Shown: positions 1 to 9,963, counted from the stretch's first letter. The stretch: 64,000 bases of DNA from an uncultured Christensenellaceae bacterium (GCA_910588015.1 CAJUOK010000005.1:45610-109609), one strand, 5' to 3'. A program made the numbers and translations. Notes: generated by a model not told the origin, from the letters alone.

Positions 1-63
1 GGAATGAGCGACAAATATCTTTTGCAATTTCATAAAAAACTATGCAAAAACCAATGACGGTAT

Positions 64-834
64 TCAATCGTTGAAATGAGTGTAATCGATATACTTTCTA
101 TTTAGAGCCTTGCTGTGTTCTTTATAAAGCGGGTCCAACTGCGACAGCAAATTATAAAACTTCCCATCGTGGCGGATATGATAAAAATGACATAATTCGT
201 GCAACACAACCGAATCGAGAAGCTCTTCTGGCGCGTATATGAGTTGAAAATTCAAAGTAACCGTCTTTCTGTCAACGGCGCACTTTCCCCAAGTCGACAC
301 GCCCTTTTTTATCTTAAGCGAATAAGCGTAGGGAAATAAGTCTTTGTGCAAAAATCTCAAATAAGAAAATCTATCGGCAAAAATTTTTTCGCATTGACTC
401 TTATACCATTTGTCGAGCAAAGCTCTTTTGTCTTCGAAATCCCACAAATCGTATACCGTCATAAATATATAGTCTCCCGTTAAGCAAATCTTTCGCTCTT
501 GCCCTTCTTTAACCATCAACGTATACTCTTTGCCTTGAAATAAGAACTTTTCGCCCGTCATATATTCGTATTTTTCCGCCGACGTTGCGTTTTGCAATAT
601 CTTTTGGACAGACTGCTTTATCCAGTCTATATTGCGTAAAACGAACTTGTCGACTTGTTCTTTAGGCGTGCGCAAGGGACAGGACACTGTGACCTCGCAC
701 TTTGACGTTATCCTCATTCTGATGTTGCGCATATTTTTACGCGTCAATATATATTCTATTTTTTCTCCGCCTAACTCGGCGATTTGTCTTTCGCTCATAT
801 TTATGATTTTATCATTTTTACGATAATATTGCAA
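64..834 (-). CDS. YgjP/DUF45-type (M48-like) zinc metallohydrolase
   Basis: 256-aa ORF with a C-terminal HExxH motif (VVLHELCHFYHIRHD) placed as in DUF45/YgjP proteins. The true start may be the internal Met at 798 (MSERQ...). Confidence 0.7.
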   Translation of the reverse strand: MQYYRKNDKIINMSERQIAELGGEKIEYILTRKNMRNIRMRITSKCEVTVSCPLRTPKEQVDKFVLRNIDWIKQSVQKILQNATSAEKYEYMTGEKFLFQGKEYTLMVKEGQERKICLTGDYIFMTVYDLWDFEDKRALLDKWYKSQCEKIFADRFSYLRFLHKDLFPYAYSLKIKKGVSTWGKCAVDRKTVTLNFQLIYAPEELLDSVVLHELCHFYHIRHDGKFYNLLSQLDPLYKEHSKALNRKYIDYTHFND

Positions 835-903
835 TCAAGTAAACAGGCTAAGCAAAATCGCCGTTTTGTCCATAATATTTATATAAATTTATACTTTTTG
901 ATA

Positions 904-932
904 TTGCTAACTTTTTAAAAATATGATATGAT
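904..932 (+). promoter_or_regulatory. Putative sigma-A promoter for the GH38 gene (TTGCTA-17 nt-TATGAT)
   Basis: Hexamers read directly at 904-909 and 927-932 with a 17-nt spacer, about 65 nt upstream of the GGAGG RBS and the ATG at 998. Confidence 0.35.
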
Positions 933-997
933 AGATAAAAACGAATATCAACCCGACGGCGCGTTTTGATTAAACCGTATGCCGAGGAGGAGAAATA

Positions 998-3900
998 ATG
1001 GGATACGATAAAAAAACCATAGTAAAAAAAGCTTTATCCAAATCAGGTCACATATTCAATATATGGGATTTGAAATGCTCTATCAACAAAAAAGTCGGCG
1101 AGCTAAAAGCGGAAATAATCAAAAGCAAAGAGCCTATCAAATGGCAAGACCTTGACAAAAGCGCTTTTAAGCCAATACGCCAATGGCAGTCTTGGGGCAA
1201 ACGAAAAGAATACGCCGACAGCTTTGATTGCGCTTGGTTCCATTTTACAGGTCAAGTTCCGCCCAAAGCAAAAGGCAAAAGCGTGATTTGCAGAATAAAA
1301 CTTCAAGGCGAAGGCTTGGTATTCAATCCAGACGGAATTGTCTTGCAAGGTATAACGCAAGTATTGAGCAAAGGCGACGTCTTCCACTCGCTTATCGCCA
1401 AACAGCGCATCGATATAGCCAAAAAATCTACTGGCGACGAAAAAATAGATTTGTATGTCGACGCCGGATTCAATGGCAAATTCAGAATAAGAAAATGCAC
1501 GGCGCACTTAAGACGCTGCGACATTTGCATACACGACGAAGATATAAATCAATATTACTATGACTATATAGATTTGTTCTTCATTATGACCATTCTCGAT
1601 AAAGAAAGCGACAGATATAAAGAAATAGACAAAGCTCTTAAACAAAGTTATAAGATATATAAAAAACAAGGAGCGGCGGCGGCAAGAGAATTCTTAAAGC
1701 CCACTATCGAGAAAAAGCCCGAATATCAAGCTACGACGTATTACTGCATAGGTCACGCGCATATTGACCTCGGTTGGCTGTGGCCGATAAGAGAAACAAA
1801 GAGAAAAGTCGCGCGCACTTTTGCCAACCAATTGCGCAATCTTGCGATATACGACGGCTTTTATTTTGCCGAATCTCAACCGCAGATGTTCGAATGGCTG
1901 CGCGAAGAATATCCCGAACTCTTTGAAAGAGTAAAAAAATACGTCCTCGAAGGAAGAATAGAACTTCAGGGCGGAATGTGGGTAGAAAGCGACACCAATC
2001 TCACAGGCGGAGAATCTTGGATAAGACAGTGCCTATACGGTCAAAAATATTGGAAAGACAATTTTGATTTCAAATCGAGAATGTGTTGGCTTCCCGACGT
2101 TTTCGGCTTCCCCGCAACGCTTCCGCAGGTTTTGAAAAAGTGCGGTATGGATTATTTTATGACCATTAAACTCACGTCAAACGATTTCAACAGATTCCCC
2201 TATCGCTCATTCAATTGGAAGGGACTCGACGGCACGAAGTTGCTCTCGCATATGGAACCGCTCGGCGATTACAATGCAGGCAACTCCCCTCTTGCCATAT
2301 TCAAATCCGAAGACAGGTATTCCGAAAAAGATATATGCGATAAAGCGCTTTTGATATATGGCGACGGCGACGGCGGCGGCGGTCCCGGCGAAGGTCATCT
2401 CGAATATATGATGCGTCATAAAAAGAATATAGACGGGCTTGCGCCTTGCAAACCCTCTCCCGCAGTCAACTTTTTTGACGATATAAAAGATATGGCGGAC
2501 AAACTGCCAACGCACGAAGGCGAACTGTATTACGAAAGACACCAAGGCTGTTACACTTCGCAAGCCAACGCAAAAAAATGGAATAGGCGTATCGAAGAAA
2601 AATTGCACAAGCTCGAATGGTTGGGCGCGGCGGCTTTTCTCAAAAATATAAATTACGACAGACAAAAAGTCGAAAAAATTTGGAAAGAGGTATTGTTATA
2701 TCAGTTCCACGACATCTTGCCCGGTTCTTCTATCAAGCGTATTTATGACGAAGCTTACGCAAGGTATCAGATAATCTACGACGAACTGACGGAGATAGAA
2801 AACACTATTATTTCGGCAATGTCTAATGAAAAATCGACAAGCGCGGTCAACCCAGTAGACTTTGACAGAAGCGAGTACGTCAAAGTGGGAGACGAATGGT
2901 ATAGAGCCGAACTCAAAGCTCACTCCGTCGGAAAACTTGCGCCTGCAAATATTGACGCGTCTCAATTTGCATATAACGAAAATACAATAGAAAATGCAAA
3001 ACTCAAGGTAACTTTCGGACAAAACGGCGAAATAGTTTCGCTAATCGATAAGGAAAACAATAAAGAGCTTGTCAAAGAATATTTTAACAAACTCGTCGTA
3101 TACTCCGACCCGTTCAAGTATTACAATGCTTGGGATATATCTTGGGGCAAGGACAAAGACACAAATTATATGATGATGAAAAAGTGGGAGTTTAAGTTGA
3201 CGTCATCCAATACTTATATCGACGGAGCTTACCTCGTGAGAGAGAATTCCTTCAAATATCACGATTCGGCTATCGTACAAAAAGTAACTCTCAAAATAGA
3301 CGGAGACACACTCAACTTCGACACCGCTGTCGACTGGCACGAAGAACTTAAAATGCTCCGCGCAGACTTCGTTCCGACGGTGTTTGCCGACAACGTGAAA
3401 TGCAATATCCAATTCGGCAACTTTGACAGAACGACGAGCGAAGACGACGCGGACGAAGATTACAATCCCAAGTGGGCGCAATTTGAAGTTTGCGCGCATA
3501 AATTTGTCAATATCGACGGCGACGGTTACGGCTTTGCGCTGCTCAACAATTGCAAATACGGTCATCGCGCAAAGAACGGATTTTTATCGTTGGCATTGCT
3601 GCGTTCTCCGATATTCCCCGACCCCACCTGCGACAGAGGTTCTCACTCTTTCAGTTATGCAATCTATCCGCATAAAGAAAAATTCGAAGACACAGACCTT
3701 ATGGCAAAAGGATATTGCTTCAACAATCCAATCGATATTATAGATAACGATTTGGAAATAGACACTCTCGTCAAATTCGATAGCAAGAATATAATAATCG
3801 AAACAATAAAAGTCGCTGAAGACGAAGAAGGTATAATCGTAAGAGCGTACGAAAGTCTGGGGCAAGCTGTCAAATCTGCTTTGGATATCAATTTCGACAG

Positions 3901-4009
3901 CTCATCAATCTATGAATGCGATATGTTGGAAAACAAAGAAAAATTCGTAAAAGGGTCTACGTTTGAATTCAGCCCATATGAAATAAAGACGATTTATATA
4001 AAGAGATAG
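998..4009 (+). CDS. GH38 alpha-mannosidase
   Basis: 1003-aa ORF with the GH38 N-terminal metal-site motif HAHIDLGWLWP, plus WVESDTN and QFHDILPGSS blocks. Strong RBS GAGGAGG. Confidence 0.9.
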   Translation: MGYDKKTIVKKALSKSGHIFNIWDLKCSINKKVGELKAEIIKSKEPIKWQDLDKSAFKPIRQWQSWGKRKEYADSFDCAWFHFTGQVPPKAKGKSVICRIKLQGEGLVFNPDGIVLQGITQVLSKGDVFHSLIAKQRIDIAKKSTGDEKIDLYVDAGFNGKFRIRKCTAHLRRCDICIHDEDINQYYYDYIDLFFIMTILDKESDRYKEIDKALKQSYKIYKKQGAAAAREFLKPTIEKKPEYQATTYYCIGHAHIDLGWLWPIRETKRKVARTFANQLRNLAIYDGFYFAESQPQMFEWLREEYPELFERVKKYVLEGRIELQGGMWVESDTNLTGGESWIRQCLYGQKYWKDNFDFKSRMCWLPDVFGFPATLPQVLKKCGMDYFMTIKLTSNDFNRFPYRSFNWKGLDGTKLLSHMEPLGDYNAGNSPLAIFKSEDRYSEKDICDKALLIYGDGDGGGGPGEGHLEYMMRHKKNIDGLAPCKPSPAVNFFDDIKDMADKLPTHEGELYYERHQGCYTSQANAKKWNRRIEEKLHKLEWLGAAAFLKNINYDRQKVEKIWKEVLLYQFHDILPGSSIKRIYDEAYARYQIIYDELTEIENTIISAMSNEKSTSAVNPVDFDRSEYVKVGDEWYRAELKAHSVGKLAPANIDASQFAYNENTIENAKLKVTFGQNGEIVSLIDKENNKELVKEYFNKLVVYSDPFKYYNAWDISWGKDKDTNYMMMKKWEFKLTSSNTYIDGAYLVRENSFKYHDSAIVQKVTLKIDGDTLNFDTAVDWHEELKMLRADFVPTVFADNVKCNIQFGNFDRTTSEDDADEDYNPKWAQFEVCAHKFVNIDGDGYGFALLNNCKYGHRAKNGFLSLALLRSPIFPDPTCDRGSHSFSYAIYPHKEKFEDTDLMAKGYCFNNPIDIIDNDLEIDTLVKFDSKNIIIETIKVAEDEEGIIVRAYESLGQAVKSALDINFDSSSIYECDMLENKEKFVKGSTFEFSPYEIKTIYIKR

Positions 4010-4026
4010 TTGCTATACAGTCCAAT

Positions 4027-4061
4027 AAAAAAGAACTCTAAAAATTATAGAGTTCTTTTTT
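4027..4061. terminator. Bidirectional rho-independent terminator between convergent genes
   Basis: Perfect 14-bp stem AAAAAAGAACTCTA / TAGAGTTCTTTTTT with a 7-nt loop. A/T runs on both sides. Confidence 0.8.
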
Positions 4062-4079
4062 GCCGACTTTATAATAATA

Positions 4080-6413
4080 TTATACCAATCTTATAGTAAA
4101 TGTTAATGTTGAAGTATTTCCCGTTCTATCTATTACAACGATTTTGTTTGTTCCCGCTTTCAAAAGGTCGTTCATATTTTCGTAAGGCTCGTTTCCATAG
4201 AATATCGTTATCGATTTAATGACGTCATTATCAGTGACTTTTAATAAAGTAAATAAGTCATATACCTTTGCGCCAGAGCTTAAAGTAACTTGATTATCAT
4301 TTAAAGTTTCCAGTTGTAATTGAGGTTTTTCTATATCGATACAAGTTATTTTTAATTTTAACGAACCGTTTTCAATAATCGGCTGATAATTGCAATTAAA
4401 TCCGTCGACGACATTTTCGAACGCGCTATATGTTCCAGAACTTACGCTTGCATTTTCATAGTTGGAGCAAACGGCGTCATTGACCTTGCTTTCTTTCACC
4501 AAAACATATCCTAGCGTTAGGTTTATAATTTGATTAGCGCTTAATCTTTTATCTTTTAATACGAATTGAGAAATATCGTAACTGCCCCTTAATGTCAAAG
4601 ATAGGTCGTTGCCTTCATAGACTACGTAGTTAGTCAGCAACGTATAGTTCATATTGCTTGCGCTATCATAAAGAACCAAGACAATTGAATATTTAGCGTT
4701 CTTTTCTAGTAAAATACTTGATTTCACAGTCGCTGAAGCGTCAATCGTCAACGTGTTATCCGTAAGAGACGTTGTTTCGTTAAAATCTTCAAGCGTAATT
4801 ACCGTTGAGATTGCGCTTTTGTTCAAATCCTCAACTTTTAAATTTATTGCTTTATTTTTAATTGTATTATACAAGTTCTTCACATCTTTTGATAAAGATA
4901 TCTCTTCGATAAACTCTTTAGATACCGCCGTTAAAAAGTTATCCAAGTTGTTTTCAAACGCATATTTATCGTCTAACTGCTGACACATTTTAGCAAAATG
5001 AGCTGATATTGTTTGATTGGAAACACCTATATTTATTGCGAATTTTGATAAATGTTTAGCAATATTCCAAGTGAGCAAATCATATGTTTTGTCTTGATAA
5101 GTCATTGAAGAACACACAGTTTCTCTAGTTGCTCTGGCAACTGCGTTTTGATTTTTATTATGGTCGCACTTATACACTAACAATCCCGAATCGTTGATTC
5201 TCTTATAACATTTAGTACACACCGTATTTGAAGAAGTTCCCTCGGTGCCCATAACCTGTCTTGTATAGTAGCTGCTATTTTTAAAACTTTTTATAATATC
5301 ATTTTTCGATGCGCTGTCAGTACGCAAATGAAACATATTCTTTAATTCGATTTTGTCCAAACTGTTTTCTGCGTCATAATAATCCCAAGCGTCAACAAAA
5401 TAAATGGCGTCGTCTGCTTGTTTAAGATAATAAGCTAAATTGGTAGTGTTAATATCCGAATAATAATCGGTATTGGAATTTTGCTCGATTTTTATTAGTT
5501 CGACGTTATTTGAATCGGTGTAATTCAGTTGAACAACTTTCTTCATAACTCCGCCCTCGCGATATGTGTCCAAATCGAGTTCTCTACCGATATTTCCGCC
5601 GGGATTATTTGTAATTTTATCCGGATAAGTCTCTACGTCTTTTCTAATTACGCTTTGTATTTTTGTAGTTGACGTATCCTGTATATTTGCCAAATATTGA
5701 CATTGTATGGGATAGAATTCCTTATTGAATTTTGCAAAATCCACAACTGAACATTCGACGACTTCTTTGTTGTCTTCATTGTAATAATAATTTGCCTGCA
5801 TTATTTGATATTGCTCAAGGTCGTCGTCATAATAAGAGCTGTATATTTTATTTTCAGAGGAAGTGTAGATTCCGCAAGTGTAGCTCCAAGTCATTCTTGT
5901 CACGCTGATTTTTTCAGAAGTTTTGTCATAATCCAGTTTATAATAAAAATTATTGTAACCGTCTTGAGCGTGTTGAGCCTCAAAGTATCTCGGCAATTGG
6001 AACCATTTGCCAAACGCAGGCACCATATCCAAAACCGTATAAATCTCTTCTTTTATCTCCAATATATCAGTTTCACTTCTTGTCGCAGTTCCCGTGATGC
6101 TTGCCAATTCATCAACAATACTTTGATAATCTTTCAAATCAAAAGATAAATCATCTAAATACTCCGATTTATCCGGCGTCGAGGACGTAAGCTTGACATT
6201 TTGAGCATTACTAGCCAATAAATCAATATTCGGCAAATACTGCGCTTTTTGAACACGGTCTTTCACTGCCATACCGGTTGCAAAATCGTAATTGAAGTTT
6301 TTATCATTATTGTTAAAAATAAAATACGAACCGATTACTACGGCAGCCAAAACAAGCAATACCAAAACAGCGATAGTAATCTTCCCTTTAGTTGACTTAA
6401 AAAACTTTGTCAT
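4080..6413 (-). CDS. Membrane-anchored extracellular protein of unknown function
   Basis: 777-aa ORF with RBS GGGGGA. Single N-terminal TM (ITIAVLVLLVLAAVVIGSYFIF), then a long Asn/Tyr/Asp-rich ectodomain with no motif I can assign. Visibly AT-rich. Confidence 0.7.
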   Translation of the reverse strand: MTKFFKSTKGKITIAVLVLLVLAAVVIGSYFIFNNNDKNFNYDFATGMAVKDRVQKAQYLPNIDLLASNAQNVKLTSSTPDKSEYLDDLSFDLKDYQSIVDELASITGTATRSETDILEIKEEIYTVLDMVPAFGKWFQLPRYFEAQHAQDGYNNFYYKLDYDKTSEKISVTRMTWSYTCGIYTSSENKIYSSYYDDDLEQYQIMQANYYYNEDNKEVVECSVVDFAKFNKEFYPIQCQYLANIQDTSTTKIQSVIRKDVETYPDKITNNPGGNIGRELDLDTYREGGVMKKVVQLNYTDSNNVELIKIEQNSNTDYYSDINTTNLAYYLKQADDAIYFVDAWDYYDAENSLDKIELKNMFHLRTDSASKNDIIKSFKNSSYYTRQVMGTEGTSSNTVCTKCYKRINDSGLLVYKCDHNKNQNAVARATRETVCSSMTYQDKTYDLLTWNIAKHLSKFAINIGVSNQTISAHFAKMCQQLDDKYAFENNLDNFLTAVSKEFIEEISLSKDVKNLYNTIKNKAINLKVEDLNKSAISTVITLEDFNETTSLTDNTLTIDASATVKSSILLEKNAKYSIVLVLYDSASNMNYTLLTNYVVYEGNDLSLTLRGSYDISQFVLKDKRLSANQIINLTLGYVLVKESKVNDAVCSNYENASVSSGTYSAFENVVDGFNCNYQPIIENGSLKLKITCIDIEKPQLQLETLNDNQVTLSSGAKVYDLFTLLKVTDNDVIKSITIFYGNEPYENMNDLLKAGTNKIVVIDRTGNTSTLTFTIRLV

Positions 6414-6693
6414 TTAGCTATCCCCCATTGACGTTTTATATTATGATTATAACACATCTTTTTGATAACCGCGCGTTTTTACATATTTTTTACAATTGTA
6501 CTATAAAGCTAATATAATCGCATTAAAATTTATAAATCAAGTCCGCAAATAAATTACTTCACTTTACTGTATAAAGGGGTTATGGATTTTCGAGCGCAGT
6601 TGCCAAAAATCTAATTTATCTATACATAAATAATTTACACTTGTGTAATTATATTTATCATAAAACCGTTGCATATAAAACTCTAAAAATTTC

Positions 6694-6722
6694 TTGACAA
6701 ACAATTTTTTGAACCGTATAAT
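6694..6722 (+). promoter_or_regulatory. Consensus sigma-A promoter (TTGACA-17 nt-TATAAT) of zinc-ribbon membrane paralog 1
   Basis: Exact consensus hexamers at 6694-6699 and 6717-6722. Region 6716-6744 matches 8451-8479 with one mismatch. Confidence 0.6.
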
Positions 6723-6778
6723 AAATATATCAATTAATTATACACACTATACATTTTTTTATGTCAAAGGAGAGATAT

Positions 6779-8035
6779 ATGGAATGTTTTCACTGCGGTC
6801 TTGAAAACAATGAAGACGCAATTTTTTGCAAACATTGCGGTCTGCGAGTCGACGGTAAAGTTCAGTGTCAAGAATGCGGAGAGATGATAGACTTTGATTC
6901 TCAATACTGCGAACACTGTGGAAACGATATGCAACGCGATAGCGAAAATCAATTCGATTCAACAAAACAAAATGATGAGTTTTACGGCGTAAACAAGGAA
7001 AGAAAAGTTGATTACAAAAAATTGCTTGGCAGTATTTTTGCCATAGCTGCAACTTTGGTATCTTTTATTTTCACGTTTTTGATAGGCGTGCAACTTACGG
7101 ATAAAACATTGGAAAACTTGACTGCTTCACATATTTCTTATAAATCAGGTTTTAGCATATTCTATTTCTTTGGCGAAATCTATGGCGAAGCGTCGTTTGA
7201 CGAATATGTTTATGCAGCAGTCGGCACAGCGTTAAGCGTTGCTATCATTGCAGTTGTTACGTCGCTTGCGATAATAACGCTTGTCAATTATGTAAAGTAC
7301 GTTTTAGGTCAATCAAATGCGCCGTATTTTAAATTTGCATTGTCAACAAGCATTACTTATGTCTTAGGCGTTACTCTGTTTTATGCGCTTAATTGTTCTG
7401 TTTTTAAGTCGATATTTGACGGCGCAGAATTCTCTTATAAACTCGACAATATCACAATATTAGGTTTAGTCCTATCGGTTTTTCTAATACTGGCAGCGAT
7501 AGTTTGCAAATCTACTTCAGAAAAAAGTTTGTCCGATAAAGAAGTTTGCATAAAAAACGGCTTTGGAATATCCAATTTGATTATGCTTTCGGTTTTAGCG
7601 ATGCTTATTGCCGCTCCGTCTATCAACACTTCTTACCAAAACAGCGAAACCAACTCGGGATTTTTATACACAATAGAATGTTTAAAGTTCGTAAAAAACA
7701 TAGAGTATTTTAACTTCAATCTTTTTCTTGGACTAATCATAGAAATTGCAATGCTGATAACAATATTTGTGAGCATTTTAGGAATTACAAAAACGCTTGC
7801 CGATTCCAATAAACGAAAAACCCAACTTGGTACTGCCATTGCGATTACAATACTTTCACTCATCGATATAATTGTGGTTTCCAAAATCAACAACGAATAT
7901 GTAGAATACCTTGGAGAGAATTATTCTTCAAGCGTAACCAATCTTGTTCCCATTGTCATCATAAGCGCTATTTTTATGATAACAGAGATACTGCACGTCG
8001 TCACACGCAAAAAACTTGATAGACTTGACTCTTAA
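6779..8035 (+). CDS. Double-zinc-ribbon N-terminal domain fused to an ~8-TM membrane domain (paralog 1)
   Basis: Four CxxC pairs in the first ~50 aa (CFHCG, CKHCG, CQECG, CEHCG), followed by about 8 hydrophobic helices. Start set at 6779 (MECFHCG) by the AAGGAGAG RBS and by homology to paralog 2; the ORF track starts at 6761. Confidence 0.8.
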   Translation: MECFHCGLENNEDAIFCKHCGLRVDGKVQCQECGEMIDFDSQYCEHCGNDMQRDSENQFDSTKQNDEFYGVNKERKVDYKKLLGSIFAIAATLVSFIFTFLIGVQLTDKTLENLTASHISYKSGFSIFYFFGEIYGEASFDEYVYAAVGTALSVAIIAVVTSLAIITLVNYVKYVLGQSNAPYFKFALSTSITYVLGVTLFYALNCSVFKSIFDGAEFSYKLDNITILGLVLSVFLILAAIVCKSTSEKSLSDKEVCIKNGFGISNLIMLSVLAMLIAAPSINTSYQNSETNSGFLYTIECLKFVKNIEYFNFNLFLGLIIEIAMLITIFVSILGITKTLADSNKRKTQLGTAIAITILSLIDIIVVSKINNEYVEYLGENYSSSVTNLVPIVIISAIFMITEILHVVTRKKLDRLDS

Positions 8036-8066
8036 AATCCACATTTAGTAAATTAAAATATAATTA

Positions 8067-8097
8067 ACCGCTATTGATTTAACCAATCAATAGCGGT
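8067..8097. terminator. Bidirectional hairpin terminator between convergent genes
   Basis: Perfect 13-bp stem ACCGCTATTGATT / AATCAATAGCGGT with a 5-nt loop. Confidence 0.7.
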
Positions 8098-8182
8098 CAT
8101 TATTTTACGGTAATTTTATCTCATTAATTTTAGATAATCATTTAGTTGACGTAAAATAGTTTCATATTTTAAAACTTGTTAT

Positions 8183-8395
8183 TTACACTTCGGAAATTCC
8201 CAATAAATAATCTGCAGACACGTTGAGAATTTTGCAAACCTTGATTAATTTTTCATAATCCATCTGATATCTTCCGCTTTCATATGTTTGATATTGTTGT
8301 AAGACTATTCCCAGCATATGGCTAACTTCCCTTTGCGTTAGATTGTTCGCCTTCCTGCTCTCTTTTAATCTTCTGCCCACTTCAATATTTATCAT
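8183..8395 (-). CDS. XRE-family helix-turn-helix transcriptional regulator (70 aa)
   Basis: Typical Cro/C1-type HTH: RLKESRKANNLTQREVSHMLGIVLQQYQTYESGR. Confidence 0.85.
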   Translation of the reverse strand: MINIEVGRRLKESRKANNLTQREVSHMLGIVLQQYQTYESGRYQMDYEKLIKVCKILNVSADYLLGISEV

Positions 8396-8428
8396 AAAAC
8401 TATTGTAGTATAAAACACTGTAATTTTC

Positions 8429-8457
8429 TTGACATACAGTATTTTACACTGTATAAT
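8429..8457 (+). promoter_or_regulatory. Consensus sigma-A promoter (TTGACA-17 nt-TATAAT) of zinc-ribbon membrane paralog 2
   Basis: Exact consensus hexamers at 8429-8434 and 8452-8457. Confidence 0.6.
8434..8454. promoter_or_regulatory. Operator-like inverted repeat ATACAGT-N7-ACTGTAT spanning the spacer and -10 of the paralog-2 promoter
   Basis: Perfect 7-nt arms at 8434-8440 and 8448-8454. The 8-mer ACACTGTA also occurs twice (8415-8422 and 8446-8453). Absent from the paralog-1 promoter. Confidence 0.35.
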
Positions 8458-8516
8458 AATTATATCAATTAATTATACAAATAATACATTTTATTTATTA
8501 CGCCAAGGAGAACTAT

Positions 8517-9917
8517 ATGGAATGCTTTAATTGCGGACAAGAAAACAATGAAGACGCCGTTTTCTGCAAACAATGCGGATTGCGAGTCGACGGCAAAGTA
8601 GCGTGTCAAAAATGCAATCGATTGATTGATTACGACTCGCGGTTCTGCGAATTCTGCGGAAATTCGCGTAAAGAAGACTCGGAAGAAACCTATACGGATA
8701 CCGTCGAAACCGACGAGCCACGAGTCGACAATTCAATTAATACTGCCAGATTAAAATTGGGAAAGAAAAAGATATTTGAAATATGCAGCGGCATATTCTT
8801 TATGTTTGCGGTATTTTTCTCATTACTTTTTACGTTTTTTATAGGACTGAAAGTAAATAACGCAAAATTTATGGTTCCAGACGAAAACGCAAATTATTTG
8901 AAATCTTTGAACATCTTCTATTATTTCGGCGAGTGTTACGCCAATGCCGATTTAATAAAAGACTACCCCTCATTCTACGTATCAAATTACTATTTCACAT
9001 CGGTTATAGGCACTCTGCTGTCAATAGCAATTATCGTCACTGTAATAATTTTTGCTATTATTGCTACAATTAGATATATCAATTATATAAACGGCAAATC
9101 TCAAAAATCTTATTCGACTTTTTCTTTGGCTACTACGGTATCTTTTATTATCGGAGCCACTCTATTCTACTCGTTCAACTGCGCAACCTCTTACAAATCC
9201 GGAACGGAAATGAAAGTAATACTCAATGATTACACAATTGCAGGCGCGGTTTTGACAACGCTGTTTACCGTGCTCGCTTGTTTATTCAAAACAGCTGCTT
9301 TAGGCAAAATATTGACGTCTCAACAAAATTTACGCAAATTCTGTTTTTCTGCTTTGAGTATAGTTTTGCTTGCTTTTATAGCGACGTTAATTGCCTCGCC
9401 GTCCATAATTATAAAAGCCCAAAACAATTATGAAATGTCATTTAATTCTCTAAGCGCTATGACAATGTTGAGCGTATTATATCTTACCAAAAACTTATCG
9501 GGAGTTGCAAGCGGTACAGTCACCTCTAAATACTCGGAAGCTCCTATAGAAATTTATACAAACCTTATAATCGCGTTTATAATAGAAATCGCAATGATTG
9601 TTATGGTTATACTGATGATTGCCACTTTGCTGAAAAATCTATCGAACAACAACAAACAGAGCAACTTAAGAAGTTTGGGAATAAGTATCTCCGGCTGTAT
9701 ATTATCAATAGCATATATGATTATAACGTTGACTGCAGAAAAAGAATTCGTCGATTATTTGGATTCCGAAATCTTGGAATACTCGTTCAACATCGCCCCG
9801 TTAATTTTACCGGTTGTTGTGAGCGTAATATATTTGGCAACAGAGATTGTTCATTTTACAACCAACGTAAGCGCCAAGATGAGAAAGTTTGAGACGGAAG
9901 ATATCTTTAATCGTTAA
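8517..9917 (+). CDS. Double-zinc-ribbon N-terminal domain fused to a polytopic membrane domain (paralog 2)
   Basis: 466-aa ORF starting MECFNCG, with four CxxC pairs and then multiple TM helices. Same architecture as 6779-8035. Confidence 0.8.
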   Translation: MECFNCGQENNEDAVFCKQCGLRVDGKVACQKCNRLIDYDSRFCEFCGNSRKEDSEETYTDTVETDEPRVDNSINTARLKLGKKKIFEICSGIFFMFAVFFSLLFTFFIGLKVNNAKFMVPDENANYLKSLNIFYYFGECYANADLIKDYPSFYVSNYYFTSVIGTLLSIAIIVTVIIFAIIATIRYINYINGKSQKSYSTFSLATTVSFIIGATLFYSFNCATSYKSGTEMKVILNDYTIAGAVLTTLFTVLACLFKTAALGKILTSQQNLRKFCFSALSIVLLAFIATLIASPSIIIKAQNNYEMSFNSLSAMTMLSVLYLTKNLSGVASGTVTSKYSEAPIEIYTNLIIAFIIEIAMIVMVILMIATLLKNLSNNNKQSNLRSLGISISGCILSIAYMIITLTAEKEFVDYLDSEILEYSFNIAPLILPVVVSVIYLATEIVHFTTNVSAKMRKFETEDIFNR

Positions 9918-9963
9918 TTCATCCGTCAACATTAACTAACCAATAAATAACAATCGCTATAAA

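Noticed and set aside
6583-6615. 10-codon mini-ORF (MDFRAQLPKI) after AAAGGGG in the intergenic region upstream of the zinc-ribbon paralog.
   Set aside because: The SD-to-ATG spacing is only 2 nt, and the peptide has no features. It is probably a chance ORF.
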